Shown piece after piece: positions 8,895-17,676 of a stretch of 64,000 bases of DNA. Both the position numbers and the translations under genes were made by a program. The notes below the pieces were generated by a model. The model did no database searches. It saw only the letters and a program-made list of their open reading frames with translations, and was not told the DNA's origin. The stretch is from an uncultured delta proteobacterium (GTDB taxonomy: Bacteria; Desulfobacterota; Binatia; Binatales; Binataceae): the NCBI GenBank assembly GCA_963724395.1, contig CAVRUK010000006.1:2445731-2509730 (forward strand). Reading direction: 5' to 3'. Each line of letters starts with the position of its first letter. Position 1 is the stretch's first letter.

Positions 8895-10489
8895 ACGATT
8901 CGACGAAAAATTTGTTGCCCGCGTTCGAGTTGCGCGACGCGCGCGGGACCGCGCGCTCATTTCCATCCGGCCGAGCCGCGCTGCTCTGCTTCGTCAAGGA
9001 AGATTGCCCCACCTGCGGAATTACGATGCCGCTGATCGAGGCGGCGCATCGCGCCTTCGGTGCGTCCGTCGACATGTGGGCGATCGGCCAGGACCGCGAC
9101 GGCAATGCGAAACTCGTCGAGCGATACGCGCTGACCGTTCGGATGCTTGACGACTCCGCGCTGGGCGTCTCTTTTGCGTACGACCTCGACACGGTTCCGA
9201 CGATCATCCTTGCGGACGCGAATGGCCGCGAGCGGCGCCGCTTCGTCGGCTTCGGCCGCGACGACTGGCGCGAGATGTTCGCCGAGCTGTCGCAACTGTC
9301 GGGCCGGCCGTCGCCGGCCGTCGATTGGAATTCATATCCGGAGTCCCGGCCCGGATGCGGCTCCAGGTCCGTCGAGCCGGGAATCGCGGAACGCCTCGAG
9401 GCGAGCGCTCGCGGCGACAAGCTGACCGCGCGCCGAATCGAGCTCGGCGACGCCGAGGACGTATTCGAATTCATGTTCGAGCGCGGGCTGACTGACGGCT
9501 TGCCCGCGGTCCCGCCGACGCCCGAGCGCGTGATGTGGATGCTAACAGGGACACGGCGCGATCCGCGCGACGTGATCGCGACCGTGCCGCCGAATCTCGC
9601 TCCCGTGACGGTCGAGAAAGTCGCGGTCAACGCCGTGATGGCGGGATGCAAGCCCGAGTACCTGCCCGTGGTGATCGGCGCGCTCGAAGCGGTCTGCACC
9701 GACGAGTTCAACATCCACGGCATCATGTCCACGACCTGGGGGGCGACGCCCGTGATCGTCGTCAACGGTCCGATTCGCCACCGTCTCGATATGAACATGG
9801 GCATGATGGCGCTCGGCTACGGCACGCGCTCCAACGCAACCATCGGGCGCGCGCTGAAGCTCGTGTTGCGCAACGTCGGCGGCGCGCGGCCGGGCGAGAT
9901 CGAGCGCGCGACTCTCGGCGCACCCGGCAAATTCACGACCTGCTTCGCCGAGTGGGAGGAACGCAGTCCGTGGGAGCCGCTGCACGTCGAGCGCGGCTTC
10001 AACCGGGACGAAAACGTCGTGACAGTGTTCGGGCTTGAGGCGGGCTCGCGCCAGATTGCCGATCAGACTTCGCGAACGGCGCGCGCGCTGGCCGGCAGTC
10101 TCGGCATGGGGCTCGAAGCATGCTGGCATCCCAAGCAGCACAGCGCCGGCGAGATTCTGTTGATCATTTCGCCCGAGCATGCGGACACTCTCGCGCGCGA
10201 GAAATGGACCAAGGCGCAGGTTCGTGCGCGAATCCAGGAAGTCACGTCGCGGCCTATCCGCGATTTGATTCGCGACGACGACAGCGGCGAGGGAATTCCG
10301 CTGAGCGCACTCGGCGATGCGACTGAAGAACGGCTTGCGGAAAAGATTGCGAAGTTTCGCAGGCCGGAGGATATCAATATCATCGTGGCTGGCGGCAACG
10401 CGGGAAAATTCTCGGCGGTGTTCGCCGGATGGGTCTCGGGTCCGATGGGATCGTCCAGCGTCAGCCGGCGAATCGAGGAGGCAGCATGA
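8891..10489 (+). CDS. Thioredoxin-fold (TlpA/AhpC-like, CPTC) domain fused to a UGSC-associated uncharacterised domain
   Basis: N-terminal FVKEDCPTC...VPT, linker RPGCGS, C-terminal GLTDGLPAVPPTPERV...AVNAVMAGCKPEY; ATGA overlaps at both ends. Confidence 0.8.
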   Translation: MNDSTKNLLPAFELRDARGTARSFPSGRAALLCFVKEDCPTCGITMPLIEAAHRAFGASVDMWAIGQDRDGNAKLVERYALTVRMLDDSALGVSFAYDLDTVPTIILADANGRERRRFVGFGRDDWREMFAELSQLSGRPSPAVDWNSYPESRPGCGSRSVEPGIAERLEASARGDKLTARRIELGDAEDVFEFMFERGLTDGLPAVPPTPERVMWMLTGTRRDPRDVIATVPPNLAPVTVEKVAVNAVMAGCKPEYLPVVIGALEAVCTDEFNIHGIMSTTWGATPVIVVNGPIRHRLDMNMGMMALGYGTRSNATIGRALKLVLRNVGGARPGEIERATLGAPGKFTTCFAEWEERSPWEPLHVERGFNRDENVVTVFGLEAGSRQIADQTSRTARALAGSLGMGLEACWHPKQHSAGEILLIISPEHADTLAREKWTKAQVRARIQEVTSRPIRDLIRDDDSGEGIPLSALGDATEERLAEKIAKFRRPEDINIIVAGGNAGKFSAVFAGWVSGPMGSSSVSRRIEEAA

Positions 10490-11007
10490 AACAGGTAATA
10501 GTCGATCCGACCGACGAGCGCGTGCCGATTCGCCGCACGTTGGCGGCCCGCTCGGACACAATCGTTGGACGCGTGGCGCTGCTCGACATCGCCAAGCCGC
10601 GCGGCAACGTGCTGATCGACAGGCTCGCCGAGCATTTACATGACCGCATCCCCGGCGTCGAGATCAAGCGTTTTCGCAAACCAACCTTCACCAAGCCGGC
10701 GCCCGACGAGTTGCGCCGCCGGATCGCACAGGAGAGCGACTTCGTTATCGAAGCGCTAGCCGATTGAGGGTCATGCACAACGTGCAGTGTGCACGACTCC
10801 GTATGGTTCGAGACGAATAAGAAGCCCGCGGTTGTAATAGCATCCAGCGAGTTCGCTGACGCTGCGCAGAAACAGGCCGATGCGCTGGGATTGCCGGAAC
10901 TTCGCCGGGTATTCGTGCCGCATCCGATTCAGGACGCGACCGACGAGCAGATGCGCGCGAAGGCCGACGCGATCGTCAACGACGTGATCGCGGCGCTGAA
11001 GAATTGA
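10486..11007 (+). CDS. Putative UGSC-family selenoprotein
   Basis: MKQVIVDPT...VIEALAD-TGA(10765-10767)-GSCTTCSVHD...; joins track ORFs 10429..10767 and 10789..11007 in one frame. Confidence 0.87.
10768..10799 (+). promoter_or_regulatory. Candidate SECIS-like hairpin
   Basis: GGGTCATGCACA-ACGTGCAG-TGTGCACGACTC stem-loop directly after the UGA (one mismatch, one G-U). Confidence 0.45.
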
Positions 11008-12657
11008 TTATCGGATTAACGTCGAAGTCGATTCGGCGACCTCGGTGACCATCTTGCCGGTCTCTGAGAAAGTCGCGGCGGCGGGATCGTAGAGATCCGC
11101 AAAGCCCGACCTGCCGCCGGCGATGAGCGCGCTACCGCTCTCGAGCACGGTCGCAGTCGCGCCGGCGTGCACGTTGTGCATCGAGCCGGTGGCGGCAAAA
11201 GCAGCGTGGGCGGGATCGAACAGCTCGGCGCTCACCATGGTCTCCGGGTCACTGCCCTCACCGCCGGCGATCAGAACTTTGCCGTTCGCCAAAAATACCG
11301 CGGCTTGAAGCGTGCGCGCGGTCGTCATCGCGCCGACCGGTGAAAACGTTTCCGTCTGAGGATTGAAAACCTCCGCGCTGTCGCTCGGCGCGCTCGCGTC
11401 GCCGCCGCCCGCAACCAGCACGTCACCCGCGAGCGTACCCGTGACGACGCTCGGCGACAACCAGGTGGCGCTGTGATTCTCGCGCGGCGTACTCATCCTG
11501 CCCGCCGGCGTGAACTGCCCGGTGACCGGATCGTAAAGTTCGGCCGTGGCGACGTCGCCGTTGCTTTCATCGCTGGCGCCGCCCGTGACCAGCACGTTTC
11601 CCGCCAGTGGCCCGCTGGCAATCAGCGTCGCCGAGTGGTGCGCGCGTGTCGCCTTCATCGCGCCGATCGAGTTAAATTTGCCGGTGACGGGGTTGTACAG
11701 CTCCGCGCTCCTTAGAGTGTATCCGAGCGACCCGGTTGCCGTGGTGCCTCCCGCGAGCAACACCTGGCCATCAGCCGGGCAGTTGCACCCGGAAATGAGT
11801 GTCGCCGTATGGCCGGCACGGACTGTGTTCATCTGCGACGCGATCACGGAAAATTTTCCGCTGGCCGGGTCGTACAATTCAGCCGACGACAGCGAGCGGC
11901 CCGACGGTCCTTCGCCACCCGCCACCAGAACCTTGCCGCCCGGCAACACGGTAGCCGTAAGATCGGTGCGCGCGTCCTTCATCGACGGTGCGACTGCGAA
12001 TGCATTTTTGACCGGGTCGAAAAGCTCCGCGCTCGAGAGCGCAGATTGCCCGTCGCCCTGCCCGCCCGCCAGCAGCACGAAACCGGAATGCGGCGACAAA
12101 TCGGGTTGTCCGACCGGCGGATTGACGGTTGCAGCGACCGGAGGATTGATCCCGCCGCCCGATACGACTGGCGAACTCGGCGCAGATCCTCGCGTCGGTG
12201 AAGTCAGCGGCGCCGAGACGCCACCGGTTGCGCTCGTCGAAATCAGTCCGGGAGCCTGAACGTTGCCGCCAACGACTGGAGCCGCACTGCCCTGAACATT
12301 CCATACTCCTGCCGGCGGGGCGCCAGGAATGGCGCGCGGCAAATCCGGAACCATCTCGACCATCGCCGTGTTGCCTGACTGTTTTTTGGGCTTGGATGGC
12401 GCAAATCCAATCTGTAGAGGAAGCGCGCTTGCGGCGGGAGACGCGTGGCGCGCGACAGCCGCCGTGCTTGATGTTGCTAGTCGAGATGTTGAATCGTGGT
12501 TGTCGGGGTGGAGCGGCGCAGACGTTATCTGAGCAAAATGACGACCATCAACCTGGCCGCGGTCGAGCGCGAATAGTACAGCAATGGCGCTCACGGCAAT
12601 CACTGCGCCGGCAAGCAGCGCATCACGCATCAGCGGTCTATCTCTCAACTCTGCCAT
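11008..12657 (-). CDS. Membrane-anchored/exported Kelch-repeat protein with Pro/Ser-rich linker
   Basis: N-terminal hydrophobic segment, low-complexity linker, repeated VLxAGG...SAELYDP..G.F. Confidence 0.85.
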   Translation of the reverse strand: MAELRDRPLMRDALLAGAVIAVSAIAVLFALDRGQVDGRHFAQITSAPLHPDNHDSTSRLATSSTAAVARHASPAASALPLQIGFAPSKPKKQSGNTAMVEMVPDLPRAIPGAPPAGVWNVQGSAAPVVGGNVQAPGLISTSATGGVSAPLTSPTRGSAPSSPVVSGGGINPPVAATVNPPVGQPDLSPHSGFVLLAGGQGDGQSALSSAELFDPVKNAFAVAPSMKDARTDLTATVLPGGKVLVAGGEGPSGRSLSSAELYDPASGKFSVIASQMNTVRAGHTATLISGCNCPADGQVLLAGGTTATGSLGYTLRSAELYNPVTGKFNSIGAMKATRAHHSATLIASGPLAGNVLVTGGASDESNGDVATAELYDPVTGQFTPAGRMSTPRENHSATWLSPSVVTGTLAGDVLVAGGGDASAPSDSAEVFNPQTETFSPVGAMTTARTLQAAVFLANGKVLIAGGEGSDPETMVSAELFDPAHAAFAATGSMHNVHAGATATVLESGSALIAGGRSGFADLYDPAAATFSETGKMVTEVAESTSTLIR

Positions 12658-12944
12658 CGCAGCTAACCCTCGCGTGCGATTTCCCCCGACGGGAATGACT
12701 GTATGCTAGTACGAATACTGGTTTTGCGGAAGCAAGTGCGCGCCGCAGCTCTTCGTGCACCCGCAGAAGACGAACACGCGAAGAGCAAGTACTAGATTTC
12801 TACGGGAGTTTTCGTGGCATTCGAAGCGCGACTACGGGAGATACTCACGACACACGATTGAAGACGTCCTCATCCATGCCGGGTTTATTTGGGGGCCTCT
12901 GCGTGATGATATCTTGTCTGGATCGGCTGTGAGGAATCATTAGC

Positions 12945-14051
12945 GTGGAATCGGAGACTATTCGGCCGCATGAGAATCGCGGGCCGTCACTCGCGACGCC
13001 TACGGTCGCCCTCGAGCCGCCGCCGGCGCGCATCCTGGTCAAGGAAGTTAACTGGCTCGGCGATGTCGTCATGAGTATGCCTGCGCTGCGCGCGATTCGT
13101 CGCGCCTGGCCGCGCGCGTATCTGGCGGTGCTTATCAAAAAGGAACTCGCCAGCTTCTTTGACGGCGCCAAATGGATCGACGAGGTGATTCCGTACTCGG
13201 TTGGGCGCGGTCTCTCGGGGTTTTTCGATCGCCGCAGGATTGTCCATGAAATTCGCTCGCGGCGTTTCGATCTCGGAGTTCTGTTTCCGAACAGTTTCGA
13301 GTCGGCGTTGTGGATCGCGATGGCGGGAGTCCGCCGGCGCGCCGGGTTCGTCGCCGACACTCGTGGCGCGATGCTGACGCTGAAGGCGGCGCCGCCGCCC
13401 GACGCGGTCACGGGTCATCAGGTGAACTATTGGCTGGCGATGGTGCGCGCGACCGGCGTGGCCGACGGCTGCGCCGATGACTTCGCGATCGACGTGTACG
13501 GACCGCATCGCGGGCGGATGCGCGAATGGCTCGCGGCGAATCGCAAGCGTCCCGGCCGTCCCATTTTTGCGATCGCCCCCGCGGCCGCCTACGGACCGGC
13601 CAAGGAATGGCCTGCCGACAGCTACGGCGCGCTGATCGATCTGCTCGCGCGTCGCAAAGACGCGGAGGTCGTGCTGGTCGGCGCGCCGGCGGAGCGCGCG
13701 AAGTGCGAGGAAGTTGCGGCGGCGAGCAAACGCGGCGCGGTGATCGCGGCGGGACGCACCAATATCGGCGAGCTGATCGCCCTGCTCTCGCTGTGCGACG
13801 GCTTTATCGGCAACGATTCCGGATGCATGCATATTGCTGGAGCGCTCGGAATTCCGACCGTCGCGATTTTCGGATCGACCAATCCGAGTCGCACCGGGCC
13901 GCTGGGGCCGAAGACGCACGTGATTTATCGCAAGCTCGAATGCAGTCCCTGCCTCGCGCGCACCTGCCGTTTCGGTCATTACAATTGCCTGACGCAAATC
14001 GAACCGGCGGAGCTCGCCGACGCGATCGCCGCAATCCGCGCGCCGCAATGA
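12945..14051 (+). CDS. waaF: LPS heptosyltransferase II
   Basis: NWLGDVVMS.PAL, PNSFESA, AYGPAKEWP, GNDSGCMH (GT9). Confidence 0.92.
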   Translation: MESETIRPHENRGPSLATPTVALEPPPARILVKEVNWLGDVVMSMPALRAIRRAWPRAYLAVLIKKELASFFDGAKWIDEVIPYSVGRGLSGFFDRRRIVHEIRSRRFDLGVLFPNSFESALWIAMAGVRRRAGFVADTRGAMLTLKAAPPPDAVTGHQVNYWLAMVRATGVADGCADDFAIDVYGPHRGRMREWLAANRKRPGRPIFAIAPAAAYGPAKEWPADSYGALIDLLARRKDAEVVLVGAPAERAKCEEVAAASKRGAVIAAGRTNIGELIALLSLCDGFIGNDSGCMHIAGALGIPTVAIFGSTNPSRTGPLGPKTHVIYRKLECSPCLARTCRFGHYNCLTQIEPAELADAIAAIRAPQ

Positions 14052-14099
14052 AGCGAGAAGACTGAAAACTTTCACCACGGGGAACTTCAAGGCATCAAG

Positions 14100-15119
14100 A
14101 TGAAACTGAAGGAACTGGCATCCAGGCTGGGACTCGAAATCCGCGGTGACGGCGGCGTGGAGATTTTCGCGCCGGCGCCGATAGAGGCGGCCGCTCCCGG
14201 CATGATCGTCTTCGTCGCGAGCGCGAAGTATGCGCCAGCGTTGCAATCTAGCGTCTCCGCTGCCATCACGACCGCCGAGCTGGCGGCCGGCGCGAAGTGC
14301 GCGACGCTTGTCAGCGCGAATCCTTACGCCGACTTCGCGCGCGTGCTCGAGATTTTTTTTCCGCCGTACCGCCCCGCGCCCGGAATCGATCCGTGTGCTT
14401 CAATCGCGCCCGACGCTGCCATCGGTGCGAACGCATCGGTTGGCGCGTCGGCGGTAATCGGCGCGGGCGTTACGATTGGGCGCGACGCGGTGATTCATCC
14501 GAACGTGACGATTTACCCCAACGTGCGCATCGGCGATCGCTTCATCGCGCACAGCGGCGTGTCGATCCGCGAGGGCACGGTGATCGGAAATCGCGTGACG
14601 CTGTTGAACGGCGCGGTGATCGGCGCCGACGGCTTCGGCTTCGTCGAGGAAAAGGCCGACTTGATCAAAATTCCACAAGTCGGCAGCGTAATAATAGAGG
14701 ACGATGTGGAGATCGGCGCGAATTCTACCGTCGATCGCGCGATGATGGGCGCGACGGTACTGCATCGCGGCGTGAAACTCGACGATCAAGTGCATATCGG
14801 ACACAACTGCGAAATCGGCGAATACTCGCGATTCTCGGGGCACACCGGCATCTCGGGCTCGACGCGAATCGGCAAATGGTGCCTGTTCGGCGGCCAGGTA
14901 GGATGCGCCGACCACGTTACGATTGGCGATCGCGTCATGGTGGTGGCAAAGGCCGGTATCCACAACGACCTGAAGGACGACGCGATCGTCTCGGGCATCC
15001 CTGCCGTGGACGTGCGCAAGTTCCGCCGCTACGCCGTCGTGCTGACGCGGCTGCCCGAAATAATCCGGCGAGTGCGCGCGCTGGAGAATCGCGTCGGTAT
15101 CGGCGGCAACGAGGCGTAA
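14100..15119 (+). CDS. lpxD: UDP-3-O-acyl-glucosamine N-acyltransferase
   Basis: Hexapeptide repeats, GADGFGF, KIPQVGSVIIEDDVEIGAN, HIGHNCEIG. Confidence 0.95.
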   Translation: MKLKELASRLGLEIRGDGGVEIFAPAPIEAAAPGMIVFVASAKYAPALQSSVSAAITTAELAAGAKCATLVSANPYADFARVLEIFFPPYRPAPGIDPCASIAPDAAIGANASVGASAVIGAGVTIGRDAVIHPNVTIYPNVRIGDRFIAHSGVSIREGTVIGNRVTLLNGAVIGADGFGFVEEKADLIKIPQVGSVIIEDDVEIGANSTVDRAMMGATVLHRGVKLDDQVHIGHNCEIGEYSRFSGHTGISGSTRIGKWCLFGGQVGCADHVTIGDRVMVVAKAGIHNDLKDDAIVSGIPAVDVRKFRRYAVVLTRLPEIIRRVRALENRVGIGGNEA

Positions 15120-15143
15120 CTATCTGGGGGCGGCGGTGAGGGC

Positions 15144-15368
15144 ATGCGAAAGACGCGACAAGTAGTTGTGACGATCGCATTGGCGGTGGCGGCCGCGACC
15201 TTATGTGCGGGATGTCCCGCGATGATGGTTCCGGGTCTCGCTTACTCAGGCTACAAGTACGTGCATGACAAGAATCAGACTGCGGCCAACACCTCGAGCA
15301 CGCAGAGCCACAAGTCCACGTCCACGACCGCCTCGCAGCAAAAAATTCCTGACAGCGAAATCGAGTAG
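15144..15368 (+). CDS. Small lipoprotein
   Basis: Basic N-terminus, hydrophobic stretch, LCAGC lipobox, Ser/Thr-rich tail. Confidence 0.6.
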   Translation: MRKTRQVVVTIALAVAAATLCAGCPAMMVPGLAYSGYKYVHDKNQTAANTSSTQSHKSTSTTASQQKIPDSEIE

Positions 15369-15383
15369 CGGATTCTGCCGCCC

Positions 15384-16334
15384 TTGCCAGTGCCCGAGCT
15401 GACGTTCACACTTCGGCCGCGGCCGCCGTTTCGGCTCGACCTGACGGTGTGGGCGCTTCGCCGGCGGGCGCATAACGTCGTCGATCGATTCGACGACGGT
15501 GTCTGGCGGCGCATCCTCGTAATCGGCAGGTCGCCGGTAGCGGTCGCCGTCACGCAGACGCGGCGCGGCTCGCGTCCGGAAATCGAAGTGCGAATTTCGG
15601 CGACACGACCGTCCGCCGTCAAGGCGGAGGTCGTCGAGATCGTGACGAGGATGCTCGGCCTGGAGATCGATCTGTCGGACTTCTACCGGCTCGCGCGCGG
15701 CGATGCGCGACTGCGGGGGCTGTCGGAGCGGCTGCGCGGAATGAAACCTGTGCGCTACGCGACAATATTCGAAGCGTTCGCGAACGCGATCGCGTGCCAG
15801 CTCGTTTCGCTCAGCGCGGGAATGCACGTGCTGAATCGGCTCGCGGAAACATACGGAGTGCGCAGCGAGGCCGGCCGCACGGCGACTCCTATGCGATCAT
15901 TCCCCGCGGCGGCCGCGGTTGCGCGCTCGAATCCCGACGCGCTACGCGCCCTCGGCCTCAGCCGGCAGAAGGGCGAATATCTGATCGGGCTCGCGCGCAT
16001 GGCGATCGATCCGAAGGATCGCGACTTCGCGTCAATCGAGCGGCTCGCGGACGCCGACGCAATCGCGCGACTCTCAAAAATTCGCGGCGTGGGACGCTGG
16101 ACCGCGGAGTATGTGATGCTGCGCGGCTTCGGCCGCACCAACATTTTCCCGGGCGACGACGTCGGCGGCCGCAACAAACTCTTCGAATGGCTCGGCTTGC
16201 GTGGCGAGCCGACGTACGACGGCGTCGGGAAGATGCTCGAGCGATGGCATCCGTACGGCGGACTCATCTATCTTCATCTGATTGTGAACTCAGTCGCCGA
16301 CGCCGGCCATTTCGCGCGCTCGGTGGCGGAGTAA
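15384..16334 (+). CDS. alkA: DNA-3-methyladenine glycosylase II (AlkA family)
   Basis: HhH motif LSKIRGVGRWTAEYV and FPGDDVG. Confidence 0.88.
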   Translation: MPVPELTFTLRPRPPFRLDLTVWALRRRAHNVVDRFDDGVWRRILVIGRSPVAVAVTQTRRGSRPEIEVRISATRPSAVKAEVVEIVTRMLGLEIDLSDFYRLARGDARLRGLSERLRGMKPVRYATIFEAFANAIACQLVSLSAGMHVLNRLAETYGVRSEAGRTATPMRSFPAAAAVARSNPDALRALGLSRQKGEYLIGLARMAIDPKDRDFASIERLADADAIARLSKIRGVGRWTAEYVMLRGFGRTNIFPGDDVGGRNKLFEWLGLRGEPTYDGVGKMLERWHPYGGLIYLHLIVNSVADAGHFARSVAE

Positions 16335-16348
16335 GCGGAGGTTCGCGG

Positions 16349-16741
16349 GTGCTCGCGTACATCTTGATTGCGATTGGCAGCGCGCTCGGCGGGATGGGAC
16401 GATATTATGTTTCCGGCGCGATCACGACGCTCACCGGCGGCACGTTTCCATATGGTACGATGCTCGTGAACATCACGGGGTGCCTGGCGATCGGTTTTTT
16501 CGCGACGCTGACCGGACCCGACGGGCGCATCCTGGTCGGCACGCCTGCGCGGCAGTTCGTGATGGTCGGAATCTGCGGGGGCTACACTACCTTCTCGAGT
16601 TTCTCGCTCGAAACGCTCTACCTGATGCGCGCAGGCGAATGGACCCCCGCCGCATTGAACGCCGCCGGTTCGGTTATCCTGTGCCTGCTGTCAGTGTGGA
16701 TCGGATACGTCGCCGCGACGGCGCTCAACCGGGGAGTGTAG
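16349..16741 (+). CDS. crcB: Fluoride efflux channel CrcB/FluC
   Basis: GSALGGMGRY, FPYGTMLVN, GICGGYTTFSSFS; GTG start after GGAGG. Confidence 0.95.
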   Translation: MLAYILIAIGSALGGMGRYYVSGAITTLTGGTFPYGTMLVNITGCLAIGFFATLTGPDGRILVGTPARQFVMVGICGGYTTFSSFSLETLYLMRAGEWTPAALNAAGSVILCLLSVWIGYVAATALNRGV

Positions 16742-16743
16742 CG

Positions 16744-17085
16744 ATGCAAATCCCACGCGATGCGGTGTTGCTGAGAATTTTTATCGGCGAGAGCGAACGC
16801 TCGGACCATAAGCCGCTCTATGAAGCGATCGTGCTAAAGGCGCGCGAACTTCAGCTCGGCGGCGCGACCGTGCTGCGCGGGCCGCTGGGCTTCGGCCGCT
16901 CGAGCCATCTGCATTCGGCGAAAATTCTGCGCCTGTCGGAAGACCTGCCCATGGTCATCGAGATCGTCGACAGCCAGGCAAAGATCGACGCCTTCCTGCC
17001 GGTGCTCGACAAGATGATGGGCTCGGGACTAATCACGGTCGAGAAGGTACAAGTGCTGCAATACGGCGGGAAGCCGAAAACTTGA
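16744..17085 (+). CDS. DUF190 (PII-like) protein
   Basis: LLRIFIGESE..KPLYEAIV, GATVLRG..GFG, LRLSEDLP; typical crcB neighbour. Confidence 0.92.
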   Translation: MQIPRDAVLLRIFIGESERSDHKPLYEAIVLKARELQLGGATVLRGPLGFGRSSHLHSAKILRLSEDLPMVIEIVDSQAKIDAFLPVLDKMMGSGLITVEKVQVLQYGGKPKT

Positions 17086-17102
17086 GTCTGAGGAGAGAAG
17101 AC

Positions 17103-17504
17103 GTGGAAAAAAAATATATCAATCCGGATACGCTGCTCGCCCCGCGCGGCTACACGCATATCGTGACGATCGCAGGGCCGGCGAAGCTGGTATTCATCTC
17201 GGGCCAGGTGGCGGTCGACAAGGAAGGCAAGTTGGTCGGGCCGGGCGACCTGAAGGTCCAGATTCGGCAGGCGGCAAATAATCTCAAAGCCGCGCTGACC
17301 GCTGCAGGAGCCACCGCCGCCGACATCGTAAAGACCAATACGTACATCGTCAACTACAAGCAGTCCGACTATTCCGCGATGCGCGAGGCGCGCGCCGAAC
17401 TGTTTCCGGACGGCGAGCCGCCCGCCTCGACGCTGGTGGGCGTGACGTCGCTGGCGGTGGAAGGACTGATGGTCGAGATGGAGGCGATCGCAGCGGTGAA
17501 GTGA
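17103..17504 (+). CDS. RidA/YjgF family protein
   Basis: GYTH, VFISGQVA, PPASTLVGV, MVEMEAIA. Confidence 0.9.
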   Translation: MEKKYINPDTLLAPRGYTHIVTIAGPAKLVFISGQVAVDKEGKLVGPGDLKVQIRQAANNLKAALTAAGATAADIVKTNTYIVNYKQSDYSAMREARAELFPDGEPPASTLVGVTSLAVEGLMVEMEAIAAVK

Positions 17505-17531
17505 GCGGTCGCCGTCCGGCGGATGTGAGAA

Positions 17532-17560
17532 TTAACCGTCAACTGCCTCTAGGTTATAAT
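17532..17560 (+). promoter_or_regulatory. Putative sigma70 promoter
   Basis: TTAACC-17 nt-TATAAT upstream of the aminotransferase. Confidence 0.5.
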
Positions 17561-17676
17561 TTCTTACAATTTGATTCGTTCGCGCGGTCAGAGTAGACAG
17601 TAGTGTTCACAGGCAAGCGCCGGTGGGTGGGCTTGACTCTGAACGGCGGGATACCCGCAAATGATGGAGGATTGTC

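Noticed and set aside
12748-12840. Hairpin and twice-repeated CTACGGGAG (16S-like motif) upstream of waaF
   Set aside because: Only a 9-nt match with no other rRNA similarity; may be an operator but unsupported
16300-16349. Fluoride riboswitch before crcB
   Set aside because: Only 14 nt separate alkA and crcB, and no GGCGATGG/TGATG consensus is visible
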